Assembly (NCBI GenBank): GCA_024275315.1
Contig: JAJRZK010000049.1
Location: 74,577 to 138,576, forward strand
Reading direction: 5' to 3'
DNA from: Nitrospirota bacterium
GTDB taxonomy: Bacteria > Nitrospinota_A > UBA7883
Length of the DNA stretch: 64,000 nucleotides
The notes beneath the pieces were generated by a model. The model had not been told where the DNA came from and did no database searches. It worked only from the letters and a program-made list of their open reading frames with translations. The translations under genes were made by a program, and so were the position numbers. Below are positions 20,403-30,341 of this stretch, in pieces (within the stretch, counting starts at the first letter, position 1; each line of letters starts with the position of its first letter).

Positions 20403-21023
20403 ATGGTGAGGGAAATGGATCAGGCAGTATCCGGCAAGGCCGGCCCGCAGGAAGTCGAGGGGGCCGACGTCTCACGGCCCGGACGGCTCAACCATCTTGT
20501 CTATCTCGCCGCCGCCGGTATATTGCTTACGGCGATATTCAATCATTCCGTGGAATCCAGGAACGTGAAAACTCTCAAGGCGGGAGATTCCATGCCTTCT
20601 TTCTCGCTTGCGCTGACTGACGGGCGAAAGGTTTCTCAAGCCGATTTTACGGGAAGCCCCACCATATATTTTTTCTATGCGAACTGGTGTCCATGCTCCC
20701 ACCTGTCGGTCGACTGGATAAAAAAAGCGTTCGAGGACCACAAGGCCGAAGGGCTCAAGGTGTTGAGCGTCGGTGTGCAGGATTCTTCCGATAAGCTGAA
20801 GGATTTTGCGATGAAACACGAGCTCCCCTTTCCGGCGTGCGCGGTCGGGGGGGACGATGTGGCCGCCAGTGTCGGGGTGTCTATTACGCCCACCACCGTT
20901 TTTGTGGACAGCGAGGGTGTTATAAAATCGGTTTACGTTGGCAAGATAGAAAAATATGAACAGATCAGCGGGGGGTTGACCAGCATTTTGTCCGACGGCG
21001 TCGGCGCCTCTGGCTCGGCGTAG
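20403..21023 (+). CDS. TlpA/AhpC-TSA-like thioredoxin-fold membrane protein (WCPCS motif)
   Basis: TM helix; FFYANWCPCSH; ITPTTVFVDSEGVI. Confidence 0.8.
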   Translation: MVREMDQAVSGKAGPQEVEGADVSRPGRLNHLVYLAAAGILLTAIFNHSVESRNVKTLKAGDSMPSFSLALTDGRKVSQADFTGSPTIYFFYANWCPCSHLSVDWIKKAFEDHKAEGLKVLSVGVQDSSDKLKDFAMKHELPFPACAVGGDDVAASVGVSITPTTVFVDSEGVIKSVYVGKIEKYEQISGGLTSILSDGVGASGSA

Positions 21024-21042
21024 TGTTCACGCACATGTAGTT

Positions 21043-21816
21043 ATGTCGATAATCGAAGCTTATTTCGGGGGGTTGGCGGCCTTTTTCTCCATCTGGATAT
21101 TCTGCATGATGCAGGTTATCCCTTTTCTGCTGGCGTACATGGTCGGGGCCACCCTCATAGGTTCCGCCTCCGGCAAAGAGCGGATAACCCTGTTTCTCAC
21201 GTCTGGCGCGCTGGTTTTCGTCGGATTCGCCGTTGTGTTCGTGGCCCTCGGCACACCCACCACCAGCCTTAGCAAATTCCTGTTCAGACACCAGGGGTTG
21301 CTCAACCAGTTCGGTGGAGTGATCGGCGGGATGGCCGGACTTTACCTTGCCGGTATCCTGACAATCGACCGGACGGCCGGCTCTTTTAAAGTCATCAGGC
21401 CGCTGGCGGAACTCCTGGTTGGCGCTGCCGTCGCGCTGGCGTATAAGCCCTGTGTGACACCCATTCTAACGAAAATATATAACCTGTCAGGCGTGGCCGA
21501 GACCGCCGGTTTCGGCGGATTGCTGATCCTGTTTTACACAATGGGGATGTTTACCGCCATCTACGCTCTGGCCGCTGTCATACTTTGGGCTGTATCGGCC
21601 AAACCTTCGGCCATGATACAGACAGGGATGATAAAAATATGCGGAGCCGCGCTTCTGGCGTTCGCTTTCCTCGTTCTGAGCGGTAGCATGACAAGCTACA
21701 AGAGCTTTCTTGTGGGAAGGTTCGTGCCGCAACAGCCGGGCCATGTACACAGCGACGGCTCCATGGGGGGAGCCGCTATGGATCATTCCGGTCACATGGA
21801 TATGGATACAAAATGA
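21043..21816 (+). CDS. ccdA: CcdA/DsbD-like transmembrane electron transporter (cytochrome c biogenesis)
   Basis: AYFGGLAAFFS...C...IP and KPCVTPIL Cys pair; about 6 TMs; His/Met-rich tail. Confidence 0.75.
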   Translation: MSIIEAYFGGLAAFFSIWIFCMMQVIPFLLAYMVGATLIGSASGKERITLFLTSGALVFVGFAVVFVALGTPTTSLSKFLFRHQGLLNQFGGVIGGMAGLYLAGILTIDRTAGSFKVIRPLAELLVGAAVALAYKPCVTPILTKIYNLSGVAETAGFGGLLILFYTMGMFTAIYALAAVILWAVSAKPSAMIQTGMIKICGAALLAFAFLVLSGSMTSYKSFLVGRFVPQQPGHVHSDGSMGGAAMDHSGHMDMDTK

Positions 21817-22715
21817 AAACCCGCACAAAACACAAAATCAGTCCACACCCGATTCTGGCGATCGCAATAGTTTTATGTTTCGCCGATATGTCCTATGGCG
21901 AAATGGACCATTCCAAGATGGGTCATTCCAAAATGGATCACTCGAAGATGGAGCGACCGGCGGACCTTGGCGGGATGAAGGAGAATATGCCGATGACGGG
22001 GGGAATAAAACCCCCAACAGGGGGAGTGAAGTCTCCGTCCGACGATGGCGGAAAGCTGGTGATAGGCCGCATGAAAGTCACCCTGATGCCGGAGTATGAC
22101 GCCCCTGCCATAATCGTCATCAAGGAAGGGAAGTTCGCCGACAGGACCGCGTTCCCCACGGAGGTCAATTTTACACTCCCCAAGGGGGTGACAAAGCTTA
22201 CCGATGTGTGCAGTCTCTCCCCCGGCGGGCATCATTTCTGCCAGCTGTTCGACATCAAGCAGGGGGATGACCGGAATTATCTGGATGTGAAGCTTCCCTT
22301 CTCCGATTTTTTCATAGACTATCAATACACCCCGTTCCAGGTAAAAGAGAATTCCATGCGGGAGTTCTCGTTCGACGTGGACACCTCCTATGACATAAAC
22401 ACGCTGGAAATCCATGTGCAACGGCCATTAAGGGCGGACAAGTTCACTATCACCCCGGCGCCGATGGAGACATATGAAAAAGACGGATTCAAATACCTGA
22501 AATACACGTATAGAAAAGTGAAATCAGGTGATTTGAGACAGGTGACGGTTTCGTATTTCAAAAAAGGCGCGGCTCCGTCTGTGGAGAAAAAGTTCTCTGC
22601 GATGAAATCGCCGGGAATGTTCGAGGGAAGCACAGGAGAGATACTGCTTGTGGTGGGAATGGTGGCGCTGGGCCTGGCTTTCTATGCCCGTCGCCGAAAA
22701 CGGGCCGGAAGATGA
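21813..22715 (+). CDS. Exported protein with MDHSK repeats, a Cys pair and C-terminal TM
   Basis: MDHSKMGHSKMDHSKM; VTLMPEYD; CSLSPGGHHFC; C-terminal TM with basic tail; ATGA overlap with ccdA. Confidence 0.7.
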   Translation: MKTRTKHKISPHPILAIAIVLCFADMSYGEMDHSKMGHSKMDHSKMERPADLGGMKENMPMTGGIKPPTGGVKSPSDDGGKLVIGRMKVTLMPEYDAPAIIVIKEGKFADRTAFPTEVNFTLPKGVTKLTDVCSLSPGGHHFCQLFDIKQGDDRNYLDVKLPFSDFFIDYQYTPFQVKENSMREFSFDVDTSYDINTLEIHVQRPLRADKFTITPAPMETYEKDGFKYLKYTYRKVKSGDLRQVTVSYFKKGAAPSVEKKFSAMKSPGMFEGSTGEILLVVGMVALGLAFYARRRKRAGR

Positions 22716-22721
22716 TGGTAT

Positions 22722-23165
22722 GTGCGTAAAATGAAAACGCTGGTGTTGGCAGTTTCGTTTCTGGGCGTTCTTGCGTTTATGAGCGGAAAATATATATTCA
22801 TGGTTTCCGCTCCGGACAACTCGGTCATGGGCGTATCCCATTCGCTGGCGTGTCCTTGTGAATGTCCCATGGTGCTGGAGGACTGCCACATGAGCTGTGG
22901 TCTCGAGTGGAAAGACCTGATAGGCGATAAACTTAAAGCGTCACTTACTAAAACAGATATAACAGCCTATTTTTATAAGCGTTATGGCAAGGAGGCGCTA
23001 CTTACACCCGCCCAGAGAATTTCGGGCAAATGGTATGAGATAACCCGTGGGGGATATCCGGCCAAGGACATGGTATTATTCGGCCTGATTGTGATAGTCT
23101 GGACAGCGCTGGTATATACCGGTTTGATGATGATAGTGGAGAAGTTCAAATCGCAAAAAGTATAG
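22722..23165 (+). CDS. CcmH/CycL-like membrane protein
   Basis: LACPCECPMVLEDCHMSC...YFYKRYGKEALLTP followed by a TM, resembling the CcmH pattern. Confidence 0.65.
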   Translation: MRKMKTLVLAVSFLGVLAFMSGKYIFMVSAPDNSVMGVSHSLACPCECPMVLEDCHMSCGLEWKDLIGDKLKASLTKTDITAYFYKRYGKEALLTPAQRISGKWYEITRGGYPAKDMVLFGLIVIVWTALVYTGLMMIVEKFKSQKV

Positions 23166-23176
23166 CACGTCCGCTT

Positions 23177-23938
23177 GTGACCCTGGCCATATCTGTCATG
23201 GTGGCGTACCCTGTCGTGTCAAACGCCGGTAAGGTGGGCGCAAGGTTGCCTGTTCCAGCCGGAATCGTCATCATGGGCGCCGACGCCAGCCAGCTGAAGG
23301 GGCAGATTTCCGAACCCAGGGCGAAAGTGGAATGGTACATGGACGAAACCCCGCGGAAAAAGGTGGAGTTGCCCCCCTTTTTTATTGACGCCACGGAAGT
23401 GACCAACGCCGAGTATCAGAAAATCATCCCTGACCACAGCTATCCCGCCAACCTGGCGGACCATCCCGTGGTGAACGTCACATGGGACATGGCGGACGAA
23501 TATTGCCGGAAAGTGGGGGGCGCTCTTCCTACGGAGGCCCAGTGGGAGCGGGCCGCCAGGGGTGATGACGGGCGTATATACCCCTGGGGAGACCAGTTCG
23601 ATCCGGCCAACGTTGTGTATATGGATAGCGTGAAAGGTGGTTCAAAACAAAAGGTGGGATCGTTCGATCGTGAGCAGAGCGGCTCTTCACTTCTGGGCGG
23701 CACGAGCCCCGTGGCGTCTCGTGAGAACGGCAAGAGCCCTTTTGGAACCTATGACATGGCGGGCAACGTGTGGGAGTGGGTTGACGGTTATTATGACGAA
23801 AGCAAGGGACTGCGACTGTTAAAGGGCGGGTCCTGGCTCTCTCCGCAATCTTCCGTCCGGTCGTCCACCCGTCTGGGTGACGAGGGCGGAGGCAGGTTCA
23901 ACGATTACGGATTCCGATGCGCGTACGATCATAAATGA
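23177..23938 (+). CDS. FGE-sulfatase-fold protein (SUMF1/NirV/PvdO-like) lacking the FGE catalytic cysteines
   Basis: FFIDATEVTN, PVVNVTW, LPTEAQWERAARG, YDMAGNVWEW, KGGSW, GFRCA. Confidence 0.85.
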   Translation: MTLAISVMVAYPVVSNAGKVGARLPVPAGIVIMGADASQLKGQISEPRAKVEWYMDETPRKKVELPPFFIDATEVTNAEYQKIIPDHSYPANLADHPVVNVTWDMADEYCRKVGGALPTEAQWERAARGDDGRIYPWGDQFDPANVVYMDSVKGGSKQKVGSFDREQSGSSLLGGTSPVASRENGKSPFGTYDMAGNVWEWVDGYYDESKGLRLLKGGSWLSPQSSVRSSTRLGDEGGGRFNDYGFRCAYDHK

Positions 23939-24804
23939 TGCGAGTGATAAAAAAGATCGTAGGCGCCGTGGCGATCACGGCCCTCCTCCTTGTATTCACC
24001 GGGGTAGGGGGGTATTTCGTCCTCTACGACAACTATAATGATTTCAAGTCGGATATCGACACCGTCACAAGGCGAGCAAAGCTGGAGCTTTTCAACAGGG
24101 GGTACAATGTGAAAATAACCGCCGACGACGTCCGGTATATCTACTAGAAACGGTGTTATCGGCAGTGCCACGGAGAATCGGCCATGATAACCGCTGTCCT
24201 GTCCCCCGCCGGCTGGTTCCAGGTGGTTGAGAGGATGAGGGTGAAAGAAGGGGTGAACATCTCAGGCGGGGAGGCGGACATTATCATCAAGTACCTGGAG
24301 GAAACCTACCCCACCACAAAATCCACATATTCCTTTGATGTCCGCAAAAAGGTCCACGAGGCTGTGTGGAGAAACGACATGGGGCAGGGGGACATCTACC
24401 TGGACGTGATCTACGCCACCCCGGAATACCTGTCCTCGATCGGAGCTGAATATCTGATAGACGAATATGATCTGGAAAACTATCATGTTTATATAATCAG
24501 CTTTACCGTGCACGAGGGAGAGCTGGACCTGTTCGACCTGGACAAGATCGTTTATATGCGCTCCGACCTGGGTAAAATAGCGACGACGCCGCCGTGGCGC
24601 CTGCGATTTCAGACTGCGGATAAACATCATTTCGAGGCGCTGGTGAAGTTCAGAAAAAAAGGGGACGACGCTATCGTTAAAAGCGGCATAAAATGGTTCG
24701 AGCTGGTGATACAGGGCATAGGGGGGCCGGATGACAGAGTGTACCGGTGGAACCTGCCGATAGTCTATCCCCCGGAAATAGAAAAAGTCAGCATGGCGAA
24801 TTGA
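23935..24804 (+). pseudogene. Membrane-anchored cytochrome c-like protein (CX3CH) with His-containing C-terminal domain, interrupted by an in-frame TAG at 24145-24147
   Basis: ORFs 23935..24147 and 24184..24804 share a frame; read-through gives YIY*KRCYRQCHGESAMITAVLSPAGWFQVVERM. Confidence 0.75.
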
Positions 24805-24808
24805 ACCG

Positions 24809-25324
24809 ATGAAATCAGCGCAAAAAATTTTCGTAGCCCTCGTTTTTGTGGCGGTCGCCCTGGCGTCGTGCACGGAGGAGAAGATGGAGTCCCCTCCCAG
24901 GCCGGCCCCTCAGCCGGTTCCGGAGTTTAACCTTGAACAGTTGACCGGTGGCAAGCTCGGCTCCAGGCAGTTGATCGGCAAACCGGTGATAATCAATTTC
25001 TGGGCGACATGGTGCCTGTCATGCCTGGAGGAAATGCCGGAGCTCGACCGGTTTTACCGTGCGAAAAGGGATTCCGGCGTGGAAATGATCATGATCAATG
25101 TTAAAGAGCCGAAAAAAGTGGTGAAAGAATTCATCGACACCAACGGGTACGCCTTTAAAACGCTGCTGGACGAAACAGGGGACGTGACGGACAGTTTCCA
25201 GGTTTTCGGCCTGCCGTCGACCTATTTCGTGGATAAAGCCGGAGTGATTCAATACAGGCATATGGGCTCTTTGACCAGGCAGATCATCTATCGCGGATTC
25301 GACATCATCACCGGCAAGGAATAA
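24809..25324 (+). CDS. TlpA/ResA-family thiol-disulfide oxidoreductase (lipoprotein)
   Basis: Lipobox LASC; INFWATWCLSCLEEMP; GLPSTYFVDKAG. Confidence 0.9.
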   Translation: MKSAQKIFVALVFVAVALASCTEEKMESPPRPAPQPVPEFNLEQLTGGKLGSRQLIGKPVIINFWATWCLSCLEEMPELDRFYRAKRDSGVEMIMINVKEPKKVVKEFIDTNGYAFKTLLDETGDVTDSFQVFGLPSTYFVDKAGVIQYRHMGSLTRQIIYRGFDIITGKE

Positions 25325-25475
25325 GCGGCCGGCGAGTTGTGGATGTTTGCCCCGGAACCTTCCCCATGATGCGTGCGCTTTTCAAAAAGTGGCGCGGGAA
25401 TGGGAACTCTTCAGAATCTCCCCTGGTTTCCCCCGGCGATCCGGGGGCGTGGGAAATTTCAAGTCGCTGAAAAAA

Positions 25476-25552
25476 TGGCGGGGTCGACGAGATTCGAACT
25501 CGCGACCTCCGGCGTGACAGGCCGGCGTTCTAACCAGCTGAACTACGACCCC
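25476..25552 (-). tRNA. tRNA-Asp (GTC)
   Basis: Reverse complement GGGGTCGTAGTTCAGCTGGTTAGAACGCCGGCCTGTCACGCCGGAGGTCGCGAGTTCGAATCTCGTCGACCCCGCCA folds as a cloverleaf with encoded CCA. Confidence 0.97.
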
Positions 25553-25704
25553 GCTTTAGGGAAGCAGTGATTTTAAAGCTGACCGGCGCCCATGTCAAAT
25601 ATTAAATTTGAACCGATGACAGTCGAGCTTTTTGGCGTGGCGCGCGGCGCGCGGTTACGCTTGCCATGGTTGCCTGGGACGCGGGTTTGGGCTATACATA
25701 ACCC

Positions 25705-27642
25705 ATGAGCCTGATTCAATGCGTAATAGGAACGGCGGGGCACATCGACCATGGCAAGACGAGCCTCGTAAAAGCCCTGACCGGAATCGATTGCGATCGT
25801 TTCGAAGAGGAGAAACGGCGCGGTATAACGATCGATATCGGATTCGCCAGGATGACTTTTCCCGGTGGCGGGACCGCGGGGATCGTGGATGTCCCCGGTC
25901 ATCAGCGTTTCATACACAACATGCTGGCAGGTGTCGCCGGGATAGACCTGGCGATGCTGGTGGTCGCCGCGGATGACGCGGTTATGCCCCAGACTGTAGA
26001 GCATCTTGCCATACTTGAGATTCTCGGTGTGAATCGCGGTATTGTGGTGCTGACCAAGACTGACCTGGTGGATGAAGAGACGCTAGAGCTTGCGGAGATG
26101 GAAGTGGGTGATCTTGTCGCCAATTCCCACCTGGCAGGTTCTGAAATAATAAAGTGCTCGAGTGTGACGGGGGAGGGGATCGACCGGCTGCGGGACGAGC
26201 TGGAGCGGCTCTGCTCCACGGTGGTGAACCGCAGGTCGGACCGGTTTTTCCGTATGCCCGTTGATCGTGTGTTCACCATCAAGGGGCATGGCCTGGTGGT
26301 GACGGGAACGGTGTCGAGCGGTGGAGTAAAGCCGGAGGACCGGTTGACGCTGGTCCCCGGCGGCAAGGTGGTCCGGGCTCGTCGGGTTCAAAGTCACGGG
26401 GCCAGCGTGGACCACGCCGGACCGGGTACCAGGACCGCGATAAACATAACCGGGGCGAGCAAGGGGGATATCGAGCGGGGAACGGTCATCGTTCACCACG
26501 CTATCGCTAAAACGTGTAAACAGTTCACCGCGGAAGTGGTGTGTCATTCCACTTCACCGTTAAAGATCGTCCACGGCATGTCGTATCTTTTGCATGTCCA
26601 TACCGCCGAAACCTTGTGCAGGGTCTACCTGGCCAGCCGGAAAAGCCTGGAACCGGGGAGCCGGTCCATCGCCCAGGTGCGGTTCGAGGGTTACGCGCAC
26701 ATTATCCATGGCGACAAGTTCGTCCTGCGCTCTTCTTCGGCGCGGCACACCGTCGGCGTAGGTGTTGTCGCAGAGCCAGGTGGAAAGCCGCTGGGACGCA
26801 GGCGCTTGAACGCGCTTATGGAAAAATGGAGCGCGCTCGCCGGAACTGAACTGGCGGATGGGGTCAGAGCCGTCACAAAAGAACGTCCCCTTGGGTATCC
26901 GGTTTCTTCGTTGATGGCGATGTTCAACATCATAGAGAGCAGGGTGGGGCAAATCATGAACCAGCTTTCCGGCGAAGTTTCATCATTCGAATGGAAGGGC
27001 GAAAAATACGCTTATATCACCGCGGCGGCGGACGATGTTATGGACGCTATCACGGGCGCAGTGAGAAATTTTCACAAAAAACATCCGGCTTTGCAGGGAA
27101 TAGAGGAATCGTCCCTGGCAAGCTCCGCGGCGCCTTCGCTCACGGCGGAACTGGCCGGATACTGGATACGCCGGGCGATATCGTCCAGGAGGATAGAGTG
27201 CGTCGGTTCCGCTCTGCGACTGCCAGGCCGGCAGGTGGAGTTTTCGGGGGGAAACGAGAAATTGCGCAGATCAATACTGGAAGCCTACAGGGCCGGAGGG
27301 CTGAAGTCCCCCCCAAAAACCGACAAGGTGGGGGGCATGCTGGGGATAAAAAAAAGCGAGGCCCAAAAGATGATCAGAATCCTCAACCAGACCGGAGACT
27401 TGGTCACCCTGGCTCCGGATTACACGTTGCATCGTGACACTCTTGACAGCGCGCAAAAAACGCTGGTGGAAGAGATTGAAAAGGCCGGGTTCGTGGAGAC
27501 CGCCAGGTATCGGGATTTGCTCGGAGTAGGGAGAAAGGCGGCCATAGACATTCTCGAGCATTTCGACAGGGCCGGGTTTACCATGAGAAAAAACAACAAA
27601 AGAGTTTTGGCGTCGGGCCATGATGGAGGGAAAGAAGCATGA
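25705..27642 (+). CDS. selB: Selenocysteine-specific translation elongation factor
   Basis: [38 protein letters not shown]-terminal winged helix [19 protein letters not shown]. Confidence 0.95.
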   Translation: MSLIQCVIGTAGHIDHGKTSLVKALTGIDCDRFEEEKRRGITIDIGFARMTFPGGGTAGIVDVPGHQRFIHNMLAGVAGIDLAMLVVAADDAVMPQTVEHLAILEILGVNRGIVVLTKTDLVDEETLELAEMEVGDLVANSHLAGSEIIKCSSVTGEGIDRLRDELERLCSTVVNRRSDRFFRMPVDRVFTIKGHGLVVTGTVSSGGVKPEDRLTLVPGGKVVRARRVQSHGASVDHAGPGTRTAINITGASKGDIERGTVIVHHAIAKTCKQFTAEVVCHSTSPLKIVHGMSYLLHVHTAETLCRVYLASRKSLEPGSRSIAQVRFEGYAHIIHGDKFVLRSSSARHTVGVGVVAEPGGKPLGRRRLNALMEKWSALAGTELADGVRAVTKERPLGYPVSSLMAMFNIIESRVGQIMNQLSGEVSSFEWKGEKYAYITAAADDVMDAITGAVRNFHKKHPALQGIEESSLASSAAPSLTAELAGYWIRRAISSRRIECVGSALRLPGRQVEFSGGNEKLRRSILEAYRAGGLKSPPKTDKVGGMLGIKKSEAQKMIRILNQTGDLVTLAPDYTLHRDTLDSAQKTLVEEIEKAGFVETARYRDLLGVGRKAAIDILEHFDRAGFTMRKNNKRVLASGHDGGKEA

Positions 27643-28088
27643 CAAAATTGTACAGGGCGTTTGTTGTCCGCGAAAACTACAGGAACCGCGACTCGGTGGT
27701 GATAGACTGGTTTTGTTCCACGCGGCACGAGCACGTGGGGCACGAGCCCGTGGGGCTTTATGAAACCGCGCTGGAGGGGTATGGCGACCTTGACACGAAA
27801 GAGCAGGCGCAGGCTCGAAATCTGATCGACCAATTCCTGTCAGAAAAAGAGGTGGACGAGCTCAAGCTCTATTTTCGAAAACATTACGGTTTTGAAATCA
27901 AGACCAGGGAAATGGAAATTCCGTTTTCCGGCGTCGACAAAATACCCAATTTCGCCGCCCCGGCAAAACCTTCGGACGACTGCGAGTATATTCATCTGGA
28001 CCAGAGCGCTGGATACGACCTGAGCGTACCCATCTGCGGATTCGCAGACCTGTCGGAGCCTCCGAACATCGTTTCATACCGCTCTTGA
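27639..28088 (+). CDS. Hypothetical protein, translationally coupled to selB
   Basis: ATGA overlap, GGAGG RBS, host-like codon usage. Confidence 0.65.
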   Translation: MTKLYRAFVVRENYRNRDSVVIDWFCSTRHEHVGHEPVGLYETALEGYGDLDTKEQAQARNLIDQFLSEKEVDELKLYFRKHYGFEIKTREMEIPFSGVDKIPNFAAPAKPSDDCEYIHLDQSAGYDLSVPICGFADLSEPPNIVSYRS

Positions 28089-28264
28089 CCGGGGATGCTG
28101 GCTGTCTAAACCGGATTGCCATGGGTTTTCGCTGAACCAGCCGTTTCAACTCTTTCAGGAACAACAATATCCTCTTTTCGCTCAACCTGGAGTGACATCT
28201 TGGCGCCTGCGTGCGTATCATCGCAATCAAAAATATTTATACCGTATTCAGGTCGAGGTGGAAA

Positions 28265-28564
28265 ATGGAAAACAGTCACAAGTCGATGTCGCAATATAAA
28301 AGAGTGGACGCGTGGTACAAGACGGAAATCGCCATCATGAACAACCTGTCCACACCTCCGAACGAGTTCGCAAGATACGTTCCTGTGGAAGTTCGTGACG
28401 AGTTCGCCAGGTCGCTCGCTAGGGGGACGGCGATGAAGGTGACCCGCAGGCATCTTCTGCTCTGGGCCGCCATGGCTGAAATTAACGGAGTGGAGGAGTT
28501 CGACGCTCCTTTCGGCTGGAGCGAGGAGGATGTGCGGACCCATATTCTGCTGGAGCCGAGCTAG
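28265..28564 (+). CDS. Hypothetical protein
   Basis: GAGGTGG RBS before ATG 28265; plausible composition. Confidence 0.55.
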   Translation: MENSHKSMSQYKRVDAWYKTEIAIMNNLSTPPNEFARYVPVEVRDEFARSLARGTAMKVTRRHLLLWAAMAEINGVEEFDAPFGWSEEDVRTHILLEPS

Positions 28565-28600
28565 TCATACCCCGCGGGAGATGGGGCGATGATCGTGCGT

Positions 28601-29350
28601 TCACGCCGATCGGTCGCCGTTGTCGCTGATCCCGTTTTCGTCCATAGACGGCTCGGTCACCAATTGGTTGGCGTCCAGAACTTCGTTTTTAAAATCGTCC
28701 ATTCCCCGTTTGGCTATGATTTTACCCAGCCTGGAATGCCTTCTTCCATGTTTTTTGCAATATTCAAGAATGCGTCCTATGGTTTCAATCACCCCGTCCG
28801 CGTCATGGATAATGGCAAGCCTCCGCCCGATCTTCGGCTGGAGCCCTGCGGCGCCTCCGACCAGCATCTCGAATCCGGTTGGGTGGGCGATGACGCCGAT
28901 ATCCTTGGTGGATGGCTCGCTACATGATCTCTGGCACCCGGCCACTCCTATCACCAGCTTCATTTCGAGATGGGTGTCGTGATACAGCTTGTCGATCCTG
29001 TAGGCCAGGTCCAGGACAGGTTGCTGGTATCTTTCGCAAAAGGTCTCCGCCGAACACATCTTGACAGGCCGCACGCCGCCGAACCTGAACTGGTTCTGTT
29101 TGAATTCGACTTTTTCCTCAAGAGAGTCCGGAAAATCGGGCCGGTCCCAGACGAATATGATTTCGCCGCTGAGTTTCACGTTTTTCGCCCCATTGGCTTC
29201 CATGGTCTCGACCAGATTTTTGAGCCTTTCAACGGAGATCACGCCAGCGGAGATGAAGGGGGAGTAGATCGCCCGTTTTCGGGCGCGTCCATGTTTTTCC
29301 AATTTTTTACTGCTCTTGTAATATTTTGCTATAAAAGCTGATTTTACCAT
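28601..29350 (-). CDS. Stand-alone nitrite/sulfite reductase 4Fe-4S-domain protein (NirB C-terminal-like)
   Basis: VRPVKMCSAETFC...GVAGCQRSCSEP..KDIG four-Cys pattern. Confidence 0.8.
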   Translation of the reverse strand: MVKSAFIAKYYKSSKKLEKHGRARKRAIYSPFISAGVISVERLKNLVETMEANGAKNVKLSGEIIFVWDRPDFPDSLEEKVEFKQNQFRFGGVRPVKMCSAETFCERYQQPVLDLAYRIDKLYHDTHLEMKLVIGVAGCQRSCSEPSTKDIGVIAHPTGFEMLVGGAAGLQPKIGRRLAIIHDADGVIETIGRILEYCKKHGRRHSRLGKIIAKRGMDDFKNEVLDANQLVTEPSMDENGISDNGDRSA

Positions 29351-29509
29351 GGTTGACGAGCTTATTCGCGCAAATGTTCATAATCCGCTCCATCGGAGAT
29401 TCGCGCTGGCTATGTGTGAAGAACACCGGCCCCGCGCCTGCCGCAAAAAGAGTTGACAAACAACCCGGTCGGATATACTTTAATATTAAATTATTTAAAC
29501 CTGAACAAT

Positions 29510-29983
29510 ATGGGCTCCAGGCATAAAGGCTGTAAAAGCGAGAAAAGAGCGCTCGATACGCTCATCAAACTCTCCCGGGCGACAGAGTCGGTAATGGCTT
29601 GCGTAGCCCGTGTCATCTCCAGCTCGAACCTCACCCCCGGCCAATTCGGCGTGATGGAGGTGATACACCATCTTGGACCGCTTGACCAGGCGGCGCTTGG
29701 TAGAAAAATCCTGAAAAGCGGGGGCAACATCACGATGATAACCGACAACCTGGAGCGAAGAGGTCTTGTCGCTCGGGTTGAGGACCAGCGCGACCGGCGC
29801 CGCAACATCGTCCGTCTCACAAGAAAAGGCCGGAACATGATAAAAACGCTTTTCCCCAAGGTGGCCAGTGGCGTCGTGGGGGCGATGGGCTCGCTGTCCG
29901 CGCATGAACACGAAGAGTTGGGCGTGTTGCTTAAAAAGCTCGGCTCCGGCGCCAGGGAATTTGTGGAAAAAACACGTTTGTAA
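29510..29983 (+). CDS. MarR-family transcriptional regulator
   Basis: LTPGQFGVME...SGGNITMITDNLERRGLV.R..DQRDRR...LT.KG. Confidence 0.92.
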   Translation: MGSRHKGCKSEKRALDTLIKLSRATESVMACVARVISSSNLTPGQFGVMEVIHHLGPLDQAALGRKILKSGGNITMITDNLERRGLVARVEDQRDRRRNIVRLTRKGRNMIKTLFPKVASGVVGAMGSLSAHEHEELGVLLKKLGSGAREFVEKTRL

Positions 29984-30044
29984 TGTTTGTAACCCGCAAG
30001 GCGGGAGATGTTTGTATGATGAAACTTTAACAGGAGGTCATGAG

Positions 30045-30281
30045 ATGAGTGAACCTAAAATGGCGGGAAAAACGCCGGTTGTTACCGTTCTTAAGGAAGG
30101 AAGCTACTACTGGTGCGCATGCGGCCTGTCGGCCGGTCAACCCTTTTGCGACGGGTCCCACAAGGGGACGGACATTACACCTATGGAATTTTCGATCGAC
30201 GAAAGCAAACAGGTGGCGTTGTGCAACTGCAAGCGGACCACAAACGCGCCCTATTGTGACGGAACCCATAAGAACCTGTAA
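30045..30281 (+). CDS. CDGSH iron-sulfur domain protein (two CDGSH motifs)
   Basis: WCACGLS..QPFCDGSH and LCNCK.T..APYCDGTH; AGGAGG RBS. Confidence 0.93.
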   Translation: MSEPKMAGKTPVVTVLKEGSYYWCACGLSAGQPFCDGSHKGTDITPMEFSIDESKQVALCNCKRTTNAPYCDGTHKNL

Positions 30282-30341
30282 CCCCGTGGCCGCATGAAGC
30301 CGCAACGTTTTTTAACTCTTGCTACAAAGGAAATGTGAATC

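Noticed and set aside
23177..23938. EgtB/SenA sulfoxide synthase or true formylglycine-generating enzyme
   Set aside because: No DinB-like domain or HxxxH iron motif, no catalytic Cys pair after GGSW, and it is far from egtD
25476..25552. tRNA-Asp as an island or prophage integration site
   Set aside because: No integrase and no duplicated tRNA 3' end seen in the window
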